In this document: one piece after another, positions 20,865-30,816 of the stretch
Position numbering within the stretch: the first letter of the stretch is position 1
Layout: each line of letters opens with the position of its first letter
Origin: an uncultured Nitrospiraceae bacterium
Lineage (GTDB): Bacteria > Nitrospirota > Thermodesulfovibrionia > Thermodesulfovibrionales > SM23-35
Length of the DNA: 64,000 nucleotides
NCBI GenBank assembly: GCA_963727775.1
Contig: CAVSHB010000002.1
Span: forward strand, 32,001 to 96,000
Direction of reading: 5' to 3'
The notes under the pieces: generated by a model
Databases searched by the model: none
What the model was told of the DNA's origin: nothing
The model's input: only the letters and a program-made list of their open reading frames with translations
Made by a program: the position numbers and the translations under genes

Positions 20865-22103
20865 CTATTCCCATTTGTTTATAACTAATCCAGTCATAAG
20901 TTTGGGATAAAAATAGGTCGATTTGGGAGGCATCCTGACAGAGGAAAGGGCGGATCTTTCAACATCCTCTACCCTTGTAGGATTGAGAAAGAAGGCGGCG
21001 CTGAATTCGCCGTTTTTTACTTTATCAATAGCCTTATTAACGTCCATCTCATATCCGATTTCAGTTGTATTCAATATTTTTTTCAGGATAAGTTCATGCA
21101 GTATGACCACATCTATTTCCCTCAAGTCGGGACGTACTTCAGATAAGTTTCCGCTCTTGTATTTAAGCAAAGACCACACATTACTCCCCGTTTGAAGAAA
21201 CCCGAAGACATGCCCTCCGCCTGCCAGTCTTTTTTTGATATCGAGATCGTTTTTCACATACTCAATCTCAAAACACTCGGAAAGAACTTCGCTCATGTCC
21301 TCCGGGATTTTCTTTAACAGCCGGTGGGTCGGCAGTATTGTTATCCCCTCGTCCATCATGTTGGCAAGAAACATAAGGATATGATCAAACGGCCTGGCGC
21401 TCGTCGGGCTCTCTTTTGCCGACATCTCCTTATGCAATTCAAAAGCGGTTTCATATCTGTGATGTCCGTCGGCAATGAAAACAGCCTTGTCTTCAAACTC
21501 CTGTTTGATGGTCTCTATCCACTCTGTATTATCAATCTGCCAGAGCCGGTGCACATCCCCGGTTATGTCGGCAGATTCTATATATGGCTTGGCTGCGGAT
21601 ACTTTCGAAAGAATGTTTGAGATCCGTCCCTCCGAACTCTTGTAAAGAGAGAAGATCGGGCTTGTATTTGCTCCGCATGATCTCATGAGGTTTAGCCTGT
21701 CCTGCTTTGGTTTGGAGTGCGTGCATTCATGCGGGTATATGCCGCCTTTCCCTAATTCTTCAAGCTTCACAAGACCAAGGAGACCGAGTAAACGCTTCTT
21801 TACTCCTTCTATCGCATAGGACATCTCGTATGCATAGAATGAGGGCTGATCACTCCTGATGAATACGCCTTTTTTCATCCATGTGTCCAGATATCCTCTG
21901 GCGCGCGTGTATTTATTTTCAGTTTCAGTATCTCCCTTTTCTTCTTTCCCGAAGTCAATTCTTACGATGTTATAGGGGCTCTGCATATATAGAGCTTCCC
22001 GGTATTCAGGCGTAATAACATCGTATGGAGGCGCCAATACATCCTCTACAGAAACCCTGGAGACATTGTAAAGAAGTCCTTTAAAAGGGATTATCTTAGC
22101 CAT
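20865..22103 (-). CDS. DUF1015 family protein
   Basis: PPYDVI, PHE.T, IADGHHRY, MPPKSTYFYPK. Confidence 0.88.
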   Translation of the reverse strand: MAKIIPFKGLLYNVSRVSVEDVLAPPYDVITPEYREALYMQSPYNIVRIDFGKEEKGDTETENKYTRARGYLDTWMKKGVFIRSDQPSFYAYEMSYAIEGVKKRLLGLLGLVKLEELGKGGIYPHECTHSKPKQDRLNLMRSCGANTSPIFSLYKSSEGRISNILSKVSAAKPYIESADITGDVHRLWQIDNTEWIETIKQEFEDKAVFIADGHHRYETAFELHKEMSAKESPTSARPFDHILMFLANMMDEGITILPTHRLLKKIPEDMSEVLSECFEIEYVKNDLDIKKRLAGGGHVFGFLQTGSNVWSLLKYKSGNLSEVRPDLREIDVVILHELILKKILNTTEIGYEMDVNKAIDKVKNGEFSAAFFLNPTRVEDVERSALSSVRMPPKSTYFYPKLMTGLVINKWE

Positions 22104-22472
22104 TATTTTAGTTCCGCAGAATCTTAAGAAAAGAATTCAAATATCTTAGCACGGCCAGAATGCGAAATTCAAATAGAAGCTTCATGGGAAAGCTCCGCCT
22201 TCATAGCGCCCTCGGAACCCAATTGAGGTATATTTACTTATCATAAACTAATAATTGAGTAAACTTTTTTGAAAAGTTTCTTTTTCCGATCTCGATATCC
22301 TATATTCAGGCAATTCTATATTCGGGTATTGACAAAGTCAATTGCTTTTTAGTATGTTATAAACAGATATAATACTTCGTTTAAAAATCGTATGAACCTC
22401 CCTGGATAGGCAAAGTCCTACCGGGTTATTTAAAAAAACCGCCATATAAGTAAATCCAATAGGAGTTTAATA

Positions 22473-23759
22473 ATGGAAAATACTAAAAAGAATTTAATGA
22501 CTGATAATATCTCTATCTCCGAACTCAAGGAAAAAACGATCGACGAACTGACGGAAGTTGCAAGGGAGTTGAATGTTGAAGGCGCCAGCGGCATGAGAAA
22601 ACAGGACCTCATATTTGCAATCCTCCAGGCGCAGACTGAAAAGACAGGGTATGTATTTTCAGCGGGCGTGCTTGAGATACTTCCCGATGGGTTTGGCTTT
22701 TTAAGATCACCCGACTACAGCTACTTGCCTGGACCTGATGATATCTATGTATCTCCTTCCCAGATACGACGTTTTAACCTGAGGACAGGTGATCTCGTCT
22801 CCGGACAGATAAGGCCGCCGAAAGAAAGCGAGCGTTATTTCGCCCTCCTCAAAGTTGAGGCTATAAATCATGAATCTCCCGATGACAATATAAACAGACC
22901 TTTATTCGACAACCTCATCCCTTATTATCCTACCGAAAAGATGAAGCTTGAATACGATACGCATGACTACTCCACGAGGGTCATGGATCTCATAACTCCG
23001 ATCGGCATGGGACAAAGGGGAATGATTGTCGCTGCGCCCAGGACCGGCAAGACCATGCTTCTTCAATCTATAGCGAAGGCAATAAAGAAAAATCATCGTG
23101 ACATACACCTTATGATACTACTCATTGACGAAAGGCCGGAGGAAGTGACTGACTGGAAGCGACAGGTTCCCACAGCAGAAATAATAAGCTCGACATTTGA
23201 TGAACCGCCCCAGAGACACTGCCAAGTCTCTGAAATGGTCATAGAGAGGGCGAAAAGGCTTGTTGAGGGCAAGCGGAATGTTGTAATACTCCTTGACAGT
23301 ATCACAAGGCTTGCGAGGGCATATAATGCGGTTATCCCGGCAAGCGGGAAAGTCCTTTCAGGAGGACTTGACTCTAATGCGCTCCAGAGGCCGAAGAGAT
23401 TTTTCGGTACTGCAAGAAATATAGAGACCGGCGGCAGCCTTACTATATTGGCAACTGCGCTTGTAGATACGGGAAGCAGGATGGACGATGTAATTTTTGA
23501 AGAATTCAAGGGCACCGGCAATATGGAACTGCATCTCGACAGAAAACTGGTCGACAAGCGGATATTCCCGACCATTGACATTAACGGCTCAGGCACCAGA
23601 AAAGAAGAGCTTCTTGTAGATAGAGAGGTACTTAATAAAATGTGGATACTCAGAAAGGTACTTACGCCTCTGAGCACTGTTGAAAGCATGGAGTTTCTTC
23701 TCGGAAAACTCACGGGTACAAAGGGCAATAAGGATTTTCTCGAGATGATGAACAAATAA
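22473..23759 (+). CDS. rho: Transcription termination factor Rho
   Basis: [43 protein letters not shown]. Confidence 0.98.
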   Translation: MENTKKNLMTDNISISELKEKTIDELTEVARELNVEGASGMRKQDLIFAILQAQTEKTGYVFSAGVLEILPDGFGFLRSPDYSYLPGPDDIYVSPSQIRRFNLRTGDLVSGQIRPPKESERYFALLKVEAINHESPDDNINRPLFDNLIPYYPTEKMKLEYDTHDYSTRVMDLITPIGMGQRGMIVAAPRTGKTMLLQSIAKAIKKNHRDIHLMILLIDERPEEVTDWKRQVPTAEIISSTFDEPPQRHCQVSEMVIERAKRLVEGKRNVVILLDSITRLARAYNAVIPASGKVLSGGLDSNALQRPKRFFGTARNIETGGSLTILATALVDTGSRMDDVIFEEFKGTGNMELHLDRKLVDKRIFPTIDINGSGTRKEELLVDREVLNKMWILRKVLTPLSTVESMEFLLGKLTGTKGNKDFLEMMNK

Positions 23760-23800
23760 CTTGCCTTTAAACTGTTTATTTCAATGCATTGTTAGTATTA

Positions 23801-24199
23801 ATGACAAAAACATTAGAAGACGATAATTACTGCTTCGTATGTGGGAAGAAAAATCCCTCCGGTCTTCATCTCAAGTTTTCCAGTCAGGACGGAAAGGTAT
23901 TAACCGAATTCATCCCGCAAAAAATTCATCAGGGATATAAAGATATCGTCCACGGTGGATTAATCTCCACGCTTCTTGACGAAGCAATGGTCAAAGCCGT
24001 TTTGATGCAAGGCATGCCTGCTGTTACCGCTGAGATTACGGTGAGATTCAAGAAGCCGCTTATAACCGGCGAAAAGGCAGTTGTTGAGGCAAAAATAATA
24101 ACGATGAACAAAAAGATTATCGAGACAAATGCAATTGTCAAAAAATCAGACGGTACAATAATAGCTGAAGGTAGAGCCAAACTCATAAGGCAGGAATAA
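23801..24199 (+). CDS. PaaI-family hotdog thioesterase
   Basis: CFVCG..NP.GL, HGGLISTLLDE; ATG 23801 preferred. Confidence 0.85.
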   Translation: MTKTLEDDNYCFVCGKKNPSGLHLKFSSQDGKVLTEFIPQKIHQGYKDIVHGGLISTLLDEAMVKAVLMQGMPAVTAEITVRFKKPLITGEKAVVEAKIITMNKKIIETNAIVKKSDGTIIAEGRAKLIRQE

Positions 24200-24224
24200 A
24201 AGAAAAGCGTTTTTTCAAGTTCAT

Positions 24225-24869
24225 TCAGGACCAATCATTCAGAGTGACGACAACAAGATGCCGTTTTATCTCCGACAAGGGCAGACTGATAATCAATACG
24301 TCGTATGTGACATCCGTGAGCGTATTTATTTCTTCTTTTACTTTTGGGCCTTTACTGAGGACCAAAGTTCCTCCTTGCCTGACAATATGAGACGCTTTAT
24401 TGATAAATTCTCTGCTATCACACAATGCCCTTGTGACCGCAACGTCAACAGGAGCTGATATTTCTTCATTCACCCTAATATCTTCTATTCTTTGTTCTAT
24501 TACCTCAATATTTCTGAGCTTAAGATGCCTTATGATATGCCTGAGAAAAGCGGATTTTTTTCCTGACGATTCTATCAGGTACATTTCCATGTCCGGTCTG
24601 ATAATCTTAAGCGGTATACCCGGGAACCCGGCGCCGCTTCCGATATCGGCAACCCTCATCTCACCGGCTGGAATGGCTTTGAGATAAAGCAAGGAATCAA
24701 GAAAGTGTTTGATGATTATATCTTCATCTTTTTTGATCCCGGTTAGATTATAAGCCCTACTCCATTTCTTCAGTTCGGAGAGGTAAGTCATGAAGGCCTG
24801 TATTTGTTCTCCTGAAGGAGCAAGACCTAATTCTGCAAGACCTTTATTAAGTAGTTCTATTATCTCCAC
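24225..24869 (-). CDS. rsmG: 16S rRNA (guanine527-N7)-methyltransferase
   Basis: HFLDSL, DIGSGAGFPG, TRA, KG; downstream of mnmG. Confidence 0.95.
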   Translation of the reverse strand: MEIIELLNKGLAELGLAPSGEQIQAFMTYLSELKKWSRAYNLTGIKKDEDIIIKHFLDSLLYLKAIPAGEMRVADIGSGAGFPGIPLKIIRPDMEMYLIESSGKKSAFLRHIIRHLKLRNIEVIEQRIEDIRVNEEISAPVDVAVTRALCDSREFINKASHIVRQGGTLVLSKGPKVKEEINTLTDVTYDVLIISLPLSEIKRHLVVVTLNDWS

Positions 24870-26700
24870 GGTTTCTTTTAAGCCGCTCTATTGACACCAT
24901 CAAAAGTGAAATTGCAGCGGGGGTGATGCCGGGGATTCTGCTTGCCTGGCCGAGATTTGCCGGCCTTATTTCCTGAAGCTTGCTCAAAACCTCTTTGGAA
25001 AGTCCATTCACAGAGACATATTCAAAATCTTCAGGTATCTTCTTCCCCTCTATCTTCTTAAGCTTTTCCGCCATATCCGTCTGCCTAACAATATAGCCTT
25101 CATATTTGACATGTATCTCTACCTGCTTTTTAATCTCGACGGTAAGAGATTTGTCCGAAGGCGAATTGTTGTCAATGAATGCATAGGTTAGCTCAGGTCT
25201 TTTTAGAAGCTGCTCCAGAGATTCCGATTTGTGCTCATCCCTATACTTAATACGTTTTTTACCCAGCCGCTGAAGTTCTTCATCAATAAGCTTCTTTTTT
25301 TCGAGAAATCTCCGATAAACCGCATTATCAAGAAGCCCGGTTTCATGCCCTTTATCCATCAGACGCAGATCGGCATTATCATGCCTTAAGAGAAGTCTGT
25401 ATTCAGCTCTTGAGGTGAACATCCTGTAAGGCTCATTAGTACCTTTTGTTACGAGATCATCAATGAGAACGCCGATATAGGCTTCATGCCTCCCGAGGAT
25501 CAATGGCTCCCTGCCCTGAAGTTTTAAAGAAGCATTTATGCCTGCCATGAGCCCCTGTGCAGCAGCCTCCTCATATCCTGAAGTCCCGTTTATCTGTCCA
25601 GCCAAAAAAAGGCCGTCAATTATTTTTGTTTCAAGGTTGTGCTTGAGTTGAGTCGGATAAACAAAATCATATTCGATTGCATAACCGGGCCTCATGATTT
25701 CGGCATTCTCAAGACCGGGGATAGTCCTCACAAACTTTACCTGGACATCATAAGGCAGGCTTGTAGGTATCCCGTTTGCATAATATTCCTTGGTCTCAAG
25801 ACCTTCAGGTTCAAGAAAGACCTGGTGCCTTTCACGTTCTTTAAAACGTACGACTTTATCCTCTATTGACGGACAATACCGCGCTCCGACTCCTTTAATC
25901 TTCCCGCTGTAAAGCGGAGACCGGTCAAGATTGGCGAGGATTATCCTGTGGGTTTCAGAGTTTGTATATGTTATATAACATGGGAGCTGCGGGTTTGTTA
26001 TCTTCTCTGTGCTGTGAGAAAAAGGCGGAGGCGGTTCATCTCCATGTTGAGGCTCAGTTTCCGAGAAATCTATCGTTTTAGCGTCGAGCCTCGGAGGTGT
26101 ACCTGTTTTTAATCGCCCCATCTTGAGGCCGAGGCTGCTCAGCGAATCGGACAATCTTATTGATGGAAATTCTCCCGCCCTGCCGGCGGAAAAATTTTCA
26201 AGGCCGATGTGTATCAGCCCTTTCAAAAAGGTGCCTGTTGTGACGATTACAGCCTTTACCCCGTAATAGATGTCGAGAGAAGTCAGAACACCCTGGACTT
26301 TTCCGTTATCCACTATTATTTTATCTACCAATGCCTGTTTTATATCAAGGTTTGCCTGTGCCTCGATCACTTTCCTCATAGCGAGCTTGTATAAGACCCT
26401 GTCGGCCTGTGCGCGCAAAGACCAGACAGCGGGGCCCTTACTCATATTGAGCATTCTGAACTGTATGCCCGCCTTGTCCGTTACCTTCGCCATCTCGCCG
26501 CCGAGCGCGTCTATCTCACGAACGAGATGACCTTTCGCAAGACCGCCAACAGCAGGGTTACAGGACATCTGGCCGATCATGTCAAGGTTTATAGTGAAAA
26601 AACATGTGGAAAAACCCATGCGCGCGGACGCAAGGGCAGCCTCGCAACCCGCGTGTCCCGCGCCGATCACCACGACATCATAATCACGGTCTTTATGCAT
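24847..26700 (-). CDS. mnmG: tRNA uridine-5-carboxymethylaminomethyl synthesis enzyme
   Basis: GAGHAGCEAA, MSCNPAVGG, RLKTGTPPRL, RYCPSIEDK, GQINGTSGYEEAAAQG; ATG 26700 preferred. Confidence 0.97.
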   Translation of the reverse strand: MHKDRDYDVVVIGAGHAGCEAALASARMGFSTCFFTINLDMIGQMSCNPAVGGLAKGHLVREIDALGGEMAKVTDKAGIQFRMLNMSKGPAVWSLRAQADRVLYKLAMRKVIEAQANLDIKQALVDKIIVDNGKVQGVLTSLDIYYGVKAVIVTTGTFLKGLIHIGLENFSAGRAGEFPSIRLSDSLSSLGLKMGRLKTGTPPRLDAKTIDFSETEPQHGDEPPPPFSHSTEKITNPQLPCYITYTNSETHRIILANLDRSPLYSGKIKGVGARYCPSIEDKVVRFKERERHQVFLEPEGLETKEYYANGIPTSLPYDVQVKFVRTIPGLENAEIMRPGYAIEYDFVYPTQLKHNLETKIIDGLFLAGQINGTSGYEEAAAQGLMAGINASLKLQGREPLILGRHEAYIGVLIDDLVTKGTNEPYRMFTSRAEYRLLLRHDNADLRLMDKGHETGLLDNAVYRRFLEKKKLIDEELQRLGKKRIKYRDEHKSESLEQLLKRPELTYAFIDNNSPSDKSLTVEIKKQVEIHVKYEGYIVRQTDMAEKLKKIEGKKIPEDFEYVSVNGLSKEVLSKLQEIRPANLGQASRIPGITPAAISLLMVSIERLKRNRGDNRTT

Positions 26701-26807
26701 AATTTTACTATAAAGGATTCTTCTTGCACGATTCAAACGGCAGGGCTAAAAGGTTGTGCTATAATTCAGTATGATTTTCGATCCTTTAGATATTTTAAAA
26801 GGACACT

Positions 26808-27659
26808 TTGCTTCAATATAAGGAAATATTTTTAGGCGGCCTATGCAACAATAACTGTCTTTATTGTCCCGCCAATCACAAGGTCTCGCTGCCTGTTGAT
26901 TCCAACCATATCATTGCTTCTCTGGATCAGGATAAAGAAGATAGTGTCTTTTTTTACGGGGGGGAACCGACTTTGAGAAATGATCTTCCGGAAATCATCA
27001 GTCATGCGAGAGTCAGTGGTTACAAGAGGATCAAGTTATTAACGAATGGCCGTGCTTTTTCCGATGTCCGCCTGCTCCAGCAAACAGTTGCAGCGGGGTG
27101 TAATATCTTTGAAATTAAATTATGGGGCTCCAATCCGTCCCTGCACGATCACATGACTCAGATCCATGGGAGTTTCTTGGGAACGATAAAAGGATTGGAA
27201 AATTTGACAGGATATCCAGGAGATAAGTTTATTTGCATACGCATCCCGATCTGCGAAGAAAACTATTCGGATATGGAAAACACGGTTGTAACAGCCGTGA
27301 ATTTCGGCGTCAATCGCATCATCCTTTCTGTTCAGGATAACAAGGTCCCCTTTCAATCCTTATTGCCCCATATCAATAATGCGGTTAATATAAGCATTTT
27401 CAATCGAACGTGGATTATGATCGAAGGGATGCCTTTCTGTACCCTGCAAGGGCTGGAGAAGCATGTAGGAGAAATCTACTCCGGCTGGAACAATATTTAT
27501 GACAGGATTTTTCAACACCACAAATATTGTACGGATTGCATTTTTGGAGAACTCTGCCCCGGAGTGGAGGCGAAATATTTGTCCAGGTTCGGAGACAAGG
27601 AATTTAGTCCGGTTCTGACAAATAAACATTTTAACAGTATCAAGGCATTGTATGAATAA
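26808..27659 (+). CDS. Radical SAM protein with short Cys-rich C-terminal extension
   Basis: CNNNCLYC, GGEPT, TNG, C-terminal CxxCx5CxG. Confidence 0.85.
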   Translation: MLQYKEIFLGGLCNNNCLYCPANHKVSLPVDSNHIIASLDQDKEDSVFFYGGEPTLRNDLPEIISHARVSGYKRIKLLTNGRAFSDVRLLQQTVAAGCNIFEIKLWGSNPSLHDHMTQIHGSFLGTIKGLENLTGYPGDKFICIRIPICEENYSDMENTVVTAVNFGVNRIILSVQDNKVPFQSLLPHINNAVNISIFNRTWIMIEGMPFCTLQGLEKHVGEIYSGWNNIYDRIFQHHKYCTDCIFGELCPGVEAKYLSRFGDKEFSPVLTNKHFNSIKALYE

Positions 27660-28932
27660 GAAGAAGGTCATTCTCATCTCCTTTAATTGGGCAAACCATT
27701 TTTCCCTTGCCCTCGGTTATCTGAAGGCATACGCTCTTAAAGACGGGTTCATCCGCGAAAATACGGAAATCGAGATAATCGATTTCGACACCGAGATGCT
27801 GAATGTCCAGCAGGTGGTCTACTATCTTTCGCAGATCAGCCCCGATATTATCGGATTTTCCTGTTATTGCTGGAATATCGACAAGGTCCTGGATACCACG
27901 CGGATCATAAAAACAATATATCCTCAAATTCAGATAGTTTTCGGAGGGCCGGAGGTTGGACCCGTTGGCCCGAAGTATTTAAAGGAAAATCATTTTATCG
28001 ATGTGGTAATAAAAGGGGAAGGTGAAATTACCTTTACCGAACTACTGAAGCATTATTTGGGAACTGTCCGGATAGAAGAGATAGCCGGCATCAGTTATCG
28101 GGTAAACGGCGAGGTCTATGTAAATCCCGAAAGGCCGCCGATAGAAGATCTGAGCGAAATCCCTTCTCCCTATCTAGAGGGTATCTTAGTCCCCAGAGAC
28201 AAGGTAACCTATATCGAAACTTATCGCGGTTGCATTTTTCGGTGTCACTACTGTTTCGAAGGCAAGCACCTTCCGAAACTGCGGTTCTTCCCCGAGGACA
28301 GAATCAAGAAAGAAATAGAATTCGTTTTGGGTCATCAGGATATAAAGAGCTTTCACTTCGTAGACACTGTTTTTAATGTTAAGAAAGACAGGCTTGAAAA
28401 GTTAGTGGGAATGATTTCAGGCGCCAACCGCTTCGGAACGGAATTGCGCACCGTCGAGATCATAACTGAATTCGTTGATGAAGAGACCGTCGCTTTCTTT
28501 AAAAAAGCAAACGTGCATAGTGTCGAAACAGGCCCCCAGACGGTCAATCCTGATACGCTCAAAAACGTTAACCGCTATTACCGTGAAGATAAATTCAGGA
28601 ACGGCGTAAAGCTTCTCGAAGAAAATGGGATAGAAGTAACGACCGATCTTATTATCGGACTTCCCGGTGATAACTTTTTTAAATTCGTAAAGTCCGCAAA
28701 GACTCTAATAGATATGAAGCCTTCAACGATTGTTTTCAGTATTTTGCACGTTCTACCGGGCACTGTCCTTTATGAAAAGAGCAGGGAATTCGGCCTCAAA
28801 TTCGATGACAAAGCCCCGCATCTTATCCTCAGCGCCCCCGACTTCCCTTATGAAGATATCGATAACGCCGTGATCATGGCTTATAGCCTTGATAAGGAAT
28901 ACAATATCAAACAGCCATCTACCGCCGTTTAA
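27652..28932 (+). CDS. Cobalamin-binding radical SAM enzyme (class B methyltransferase-like)
   Basis: B12 domain (LALGYLKA, GFSCYCWN, GGPEV, GEGE) plus RGCIFRCHYC, IIGLPG. Confidence 0.88.
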   Translation: MNKKKVILISFNWANHFSLALGYLKAYALKDGFIRENTEIEIIDFDTEMLNVQQVVYYLSQISPDIIGFSCYCWNIDKVLDTTRIIKTIYPQIQIVFGGPEVGPVGPKYLKENHFIDVVIKGEGEITFTELLKHYLGTVRIEEIAGISYRVNGEVYVNPERPPIEDLSEIPSPYLEGILVPRDKVTYIETYRGCIFRCHYCFEGKHLPKLRFFPEDRIKKEIEFVLGHQDIKSFHFVDTVFNVKKDRLEKLVGMISGANRFGTELRTVEIITEFVDEETVAFFKKANVHSVETGPQTVNPDTLKNVNRYYREDKFRNGVKLLEENGIEVTTDLIIGLPGDNFFKFVKSAKTLIDMKPSTIVFSILHVLPGTVLYEKSREFGLKFDDKAPHLILSAPDFPYEDIDNAVIMAYSLDKEYNIKQPSTAV

Positions 28933-28979
28933 TAGGGGGAAGGGTAGCGTGAACTTCAACATTTATAAACAGACTCTAT

Positions 28980-29813
28980 TTATATGATATTTAAGACTGA
29001 CTTTGTTGACTTTGTATACTTTCCACCGGATATGGTGGTATATAAAATACAGTAACCTGCCGGCATGTCTTCAGGCATAGTGAACTTAATTGTCGAAACA
29101 TAAGTCCCAGGTGTCCTAATAATCTCTCTCCTGGATAATTCCATCCTCTTGCCGGCAGTGGACAGTATTCTGGTTTCCGTAATCTTAATCTGCTGTGTGT
29201 CGACAGGCGCAAGTAATGCATACTGGACGTTTGACTCCACTGTAGAACCGGTTTCTACCAGTTGATTCAAGACCGATGCCGCTTCTATAATAAGTTTCAC
29301 TTTTTCGTCTTCTTTTTTCTTTTCGGCTTTTTTCTCAGTTTCTTTTATCTCTTCAGCTTTTTTATCCTCCTGCCTTTTCTGTTCAGCCTTCTTGTCTATT
29401 TCCTTTATCTCTTCGGCCTTCTTATCTTCCGGCTTTTTTTGTTCGACCTTTTTCTCAGTTTCTTTTATCTCTTCGGCCTTCTTATCTTCCGGTTTTTTTT
29501 GCTCAGCTTTTTTGTCTTCCTTTTTTTGCTCTTCTGCCTTGTATTTATCCTGGAATCTTCTTGCAGCTTCTTCCCCGTTTTCCAATTGTTTATCTTCATA
29601 TTTAATCGTAGCCAGGCTGAAAATATCAGCAGCGAGAGCCCCAACTATTGCGCCACCCGCATTCCCGGCAACCAAAACGCCCAACACGCCGCCGGCAAGA
29701 GTACGTAAAGCACTTTTTTCTTCAGGGGCACGCCTGCCGTAAGCAGTAGAACAACCAAAGAGATAGAATATTATGAGAGATAAAATTACGAAAATAACGA
29801 TAATTTTTTTCAT
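28980..29813 (-). CDS. Lipoprotein with glycine zipper, K/E-rich tandem repeats and beta-rich C-terminal domain
   Basis: Lipobox LFG|C; AGGVLGVLVAGNAGGAIVGA; KKAEEIKETEKK repeats. Confidence 0.7.
   Translation of the reverse strand: MKKIIVIFVILSLIIFYLFGCSTAYGRRAPEEKSALRTLAGGVLGVLVAGNAGGAIVGALAADIFSLATIKYEDKQLENGEEAARRFQDKYKAEEQKKEDKKAEQKKPEDKKAEEIKETEKKVEQKKPEDKKAEEIKEIDKKAEQKRQEDKKAEEIKETEKKAEKKKEDEKVKLIIEAASVLNQLVETGSTVESNVQYALLAPVDTQQIKITETRILSTAGKRMELSRREIIRTPGTYVSTIKFTMPEDMPAGYCILYTTISGGKYTKSTKSVLNII
29320..29520. repeat. ~3.3 copies of a 60-bp coding tandem repeat (20 aa)
   Basis: Rows 29341, 29401 and 29461 start in phase (tcttttatctcttcrgcytt). Confidence 0.85.
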
Positions 29814-29941
29814 AAATTTTTTTTGGCCGGAAAATCCGATTAAGTTAATTTAATACCTTTTTTGAAACCTGTCAATTCTTTATTTGCTGCTTGTTAGTAT
29901 CCGCTGAGATTTATTATTACTTCAAGGAATTTTGTATTTAC

Positions 29942-30676
29942 TCAATAAAATTTATGGCACCTTTTACATTTTTTTCCATTAGAAAATAATTGTGCATAAG
30001 CTGAACTGTGGGGGTTATGGCAAGTTGTACAACTCAGTTCTTTTGTTGATTTCTTGGGATCCGGTACCCCTCCGATCGGGTGGATACGCCCTCCCGGGAG
30101 TGTCACTATATGTCTGCCTGTTGCCTGGGCTTTGTGACAGCCTGTGCAGAGGTCATTTATTGAGTGAGAAAGCAAAAAAGGATTTTCACTAACGTGAGGG
30201 TTATGACATATCTTGCCGCATGCATTTAGAGCCACTTTATGGGGATATTTTTTTGTAAATTTTGTCTTGTCATGACAACCATAACAAAGCTCCGGAGGCT
30301 CATCGGTAAGAAGTTTGTAATAATTTGACTGATGAGGGTTATGGCATTTTGTACAGGCGCCTCCTGCCACGGGAGGATGAACATCTTTCCCTTCAAAATA
30401 AGATTTTTTATGGCAATTGTAACAAAGTTCAGGCATGTCATCTTTCAGTTTTATGCTGGCGGCATCATGCGGATGTTCTTTGTTTGATACTCTCAGATGG
30501 CATGTCTCACAGCCTAATAACAAGGCCCGATGGCCGGTTTTCCCGATATTCCTGAAGTTCTCATGGCATGTCAGGCAAAGATGCTCCTGAGCGGCAAAAG
30601 CGCTAAAGGTGAAATTAAAAATAACCAATAGAAAGAATAAAACACTCAGAAGTTTAGCAGACAGTTTAGGTTTCAT
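29942..30676 (-). CDS. Periplasmic multiheme cytochrome c (doubled-CXXCH family)
   Basis: Signal peptide (AFA|A), 8 CxxCH plus 1 CxxxCH, repeated CxxCHNPH...LCxxCH units. Confidence 0.9.
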   Translation of the reverse strand: MKPKLSAKLLSVLFFLLVIFNFTFSAFAAQEHLCLTCHENFRNIGKTGHRALLLGCETCHLRVSNKEHPHDAASIKLKDDMPELCYNCHKKSYFEGKDVHPPVAGGACTKCHNPHQSNYYKLLTDEPPELCYGCHDKTKFTKKYPHKVALNACGKICHNPHVSENPFLLSHSINDLCTGCHKAQATGRHIVTLPGGRIHPIGGVPDPKKSTKELSCTTCHNPHSSAYAQLFSNGKKCKRCHKFY

Positions 30677-30816
30677 TGAAGCGATTTATACAGTATAGAC
30701 CTGTTTTTTGTCAAGGCGCTGGATTTCATTGAAAAAAATACTTAAAAATTAGTAATATTAATCTTCTGTTAATTGAATGAAGATCGGGTGATTTAATCCT
30801 TGGACATAATGAAAAT

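Noticed and set aside
22400..22426. Hairpin in the rho leader as an attenuator
   Set aside because: Short imperfect stem without a convincing U-tract; rho autoregulation is plausible but cannot be supported from sequence alone
23093..23755. Long antisense ORFs (220 aa opposite rho, 274 aa opposite tyrA, 238 aa opposite prpE and similar)
   Set aside because: Shadow frames of well-conserved genes, with no recognisable motifs or RBS
29320..29520. CRISPR-like array
   Set aside because: Repeats are contiguous, in-frame 60-bp coding units with no unique spacers, and no cas genes are present
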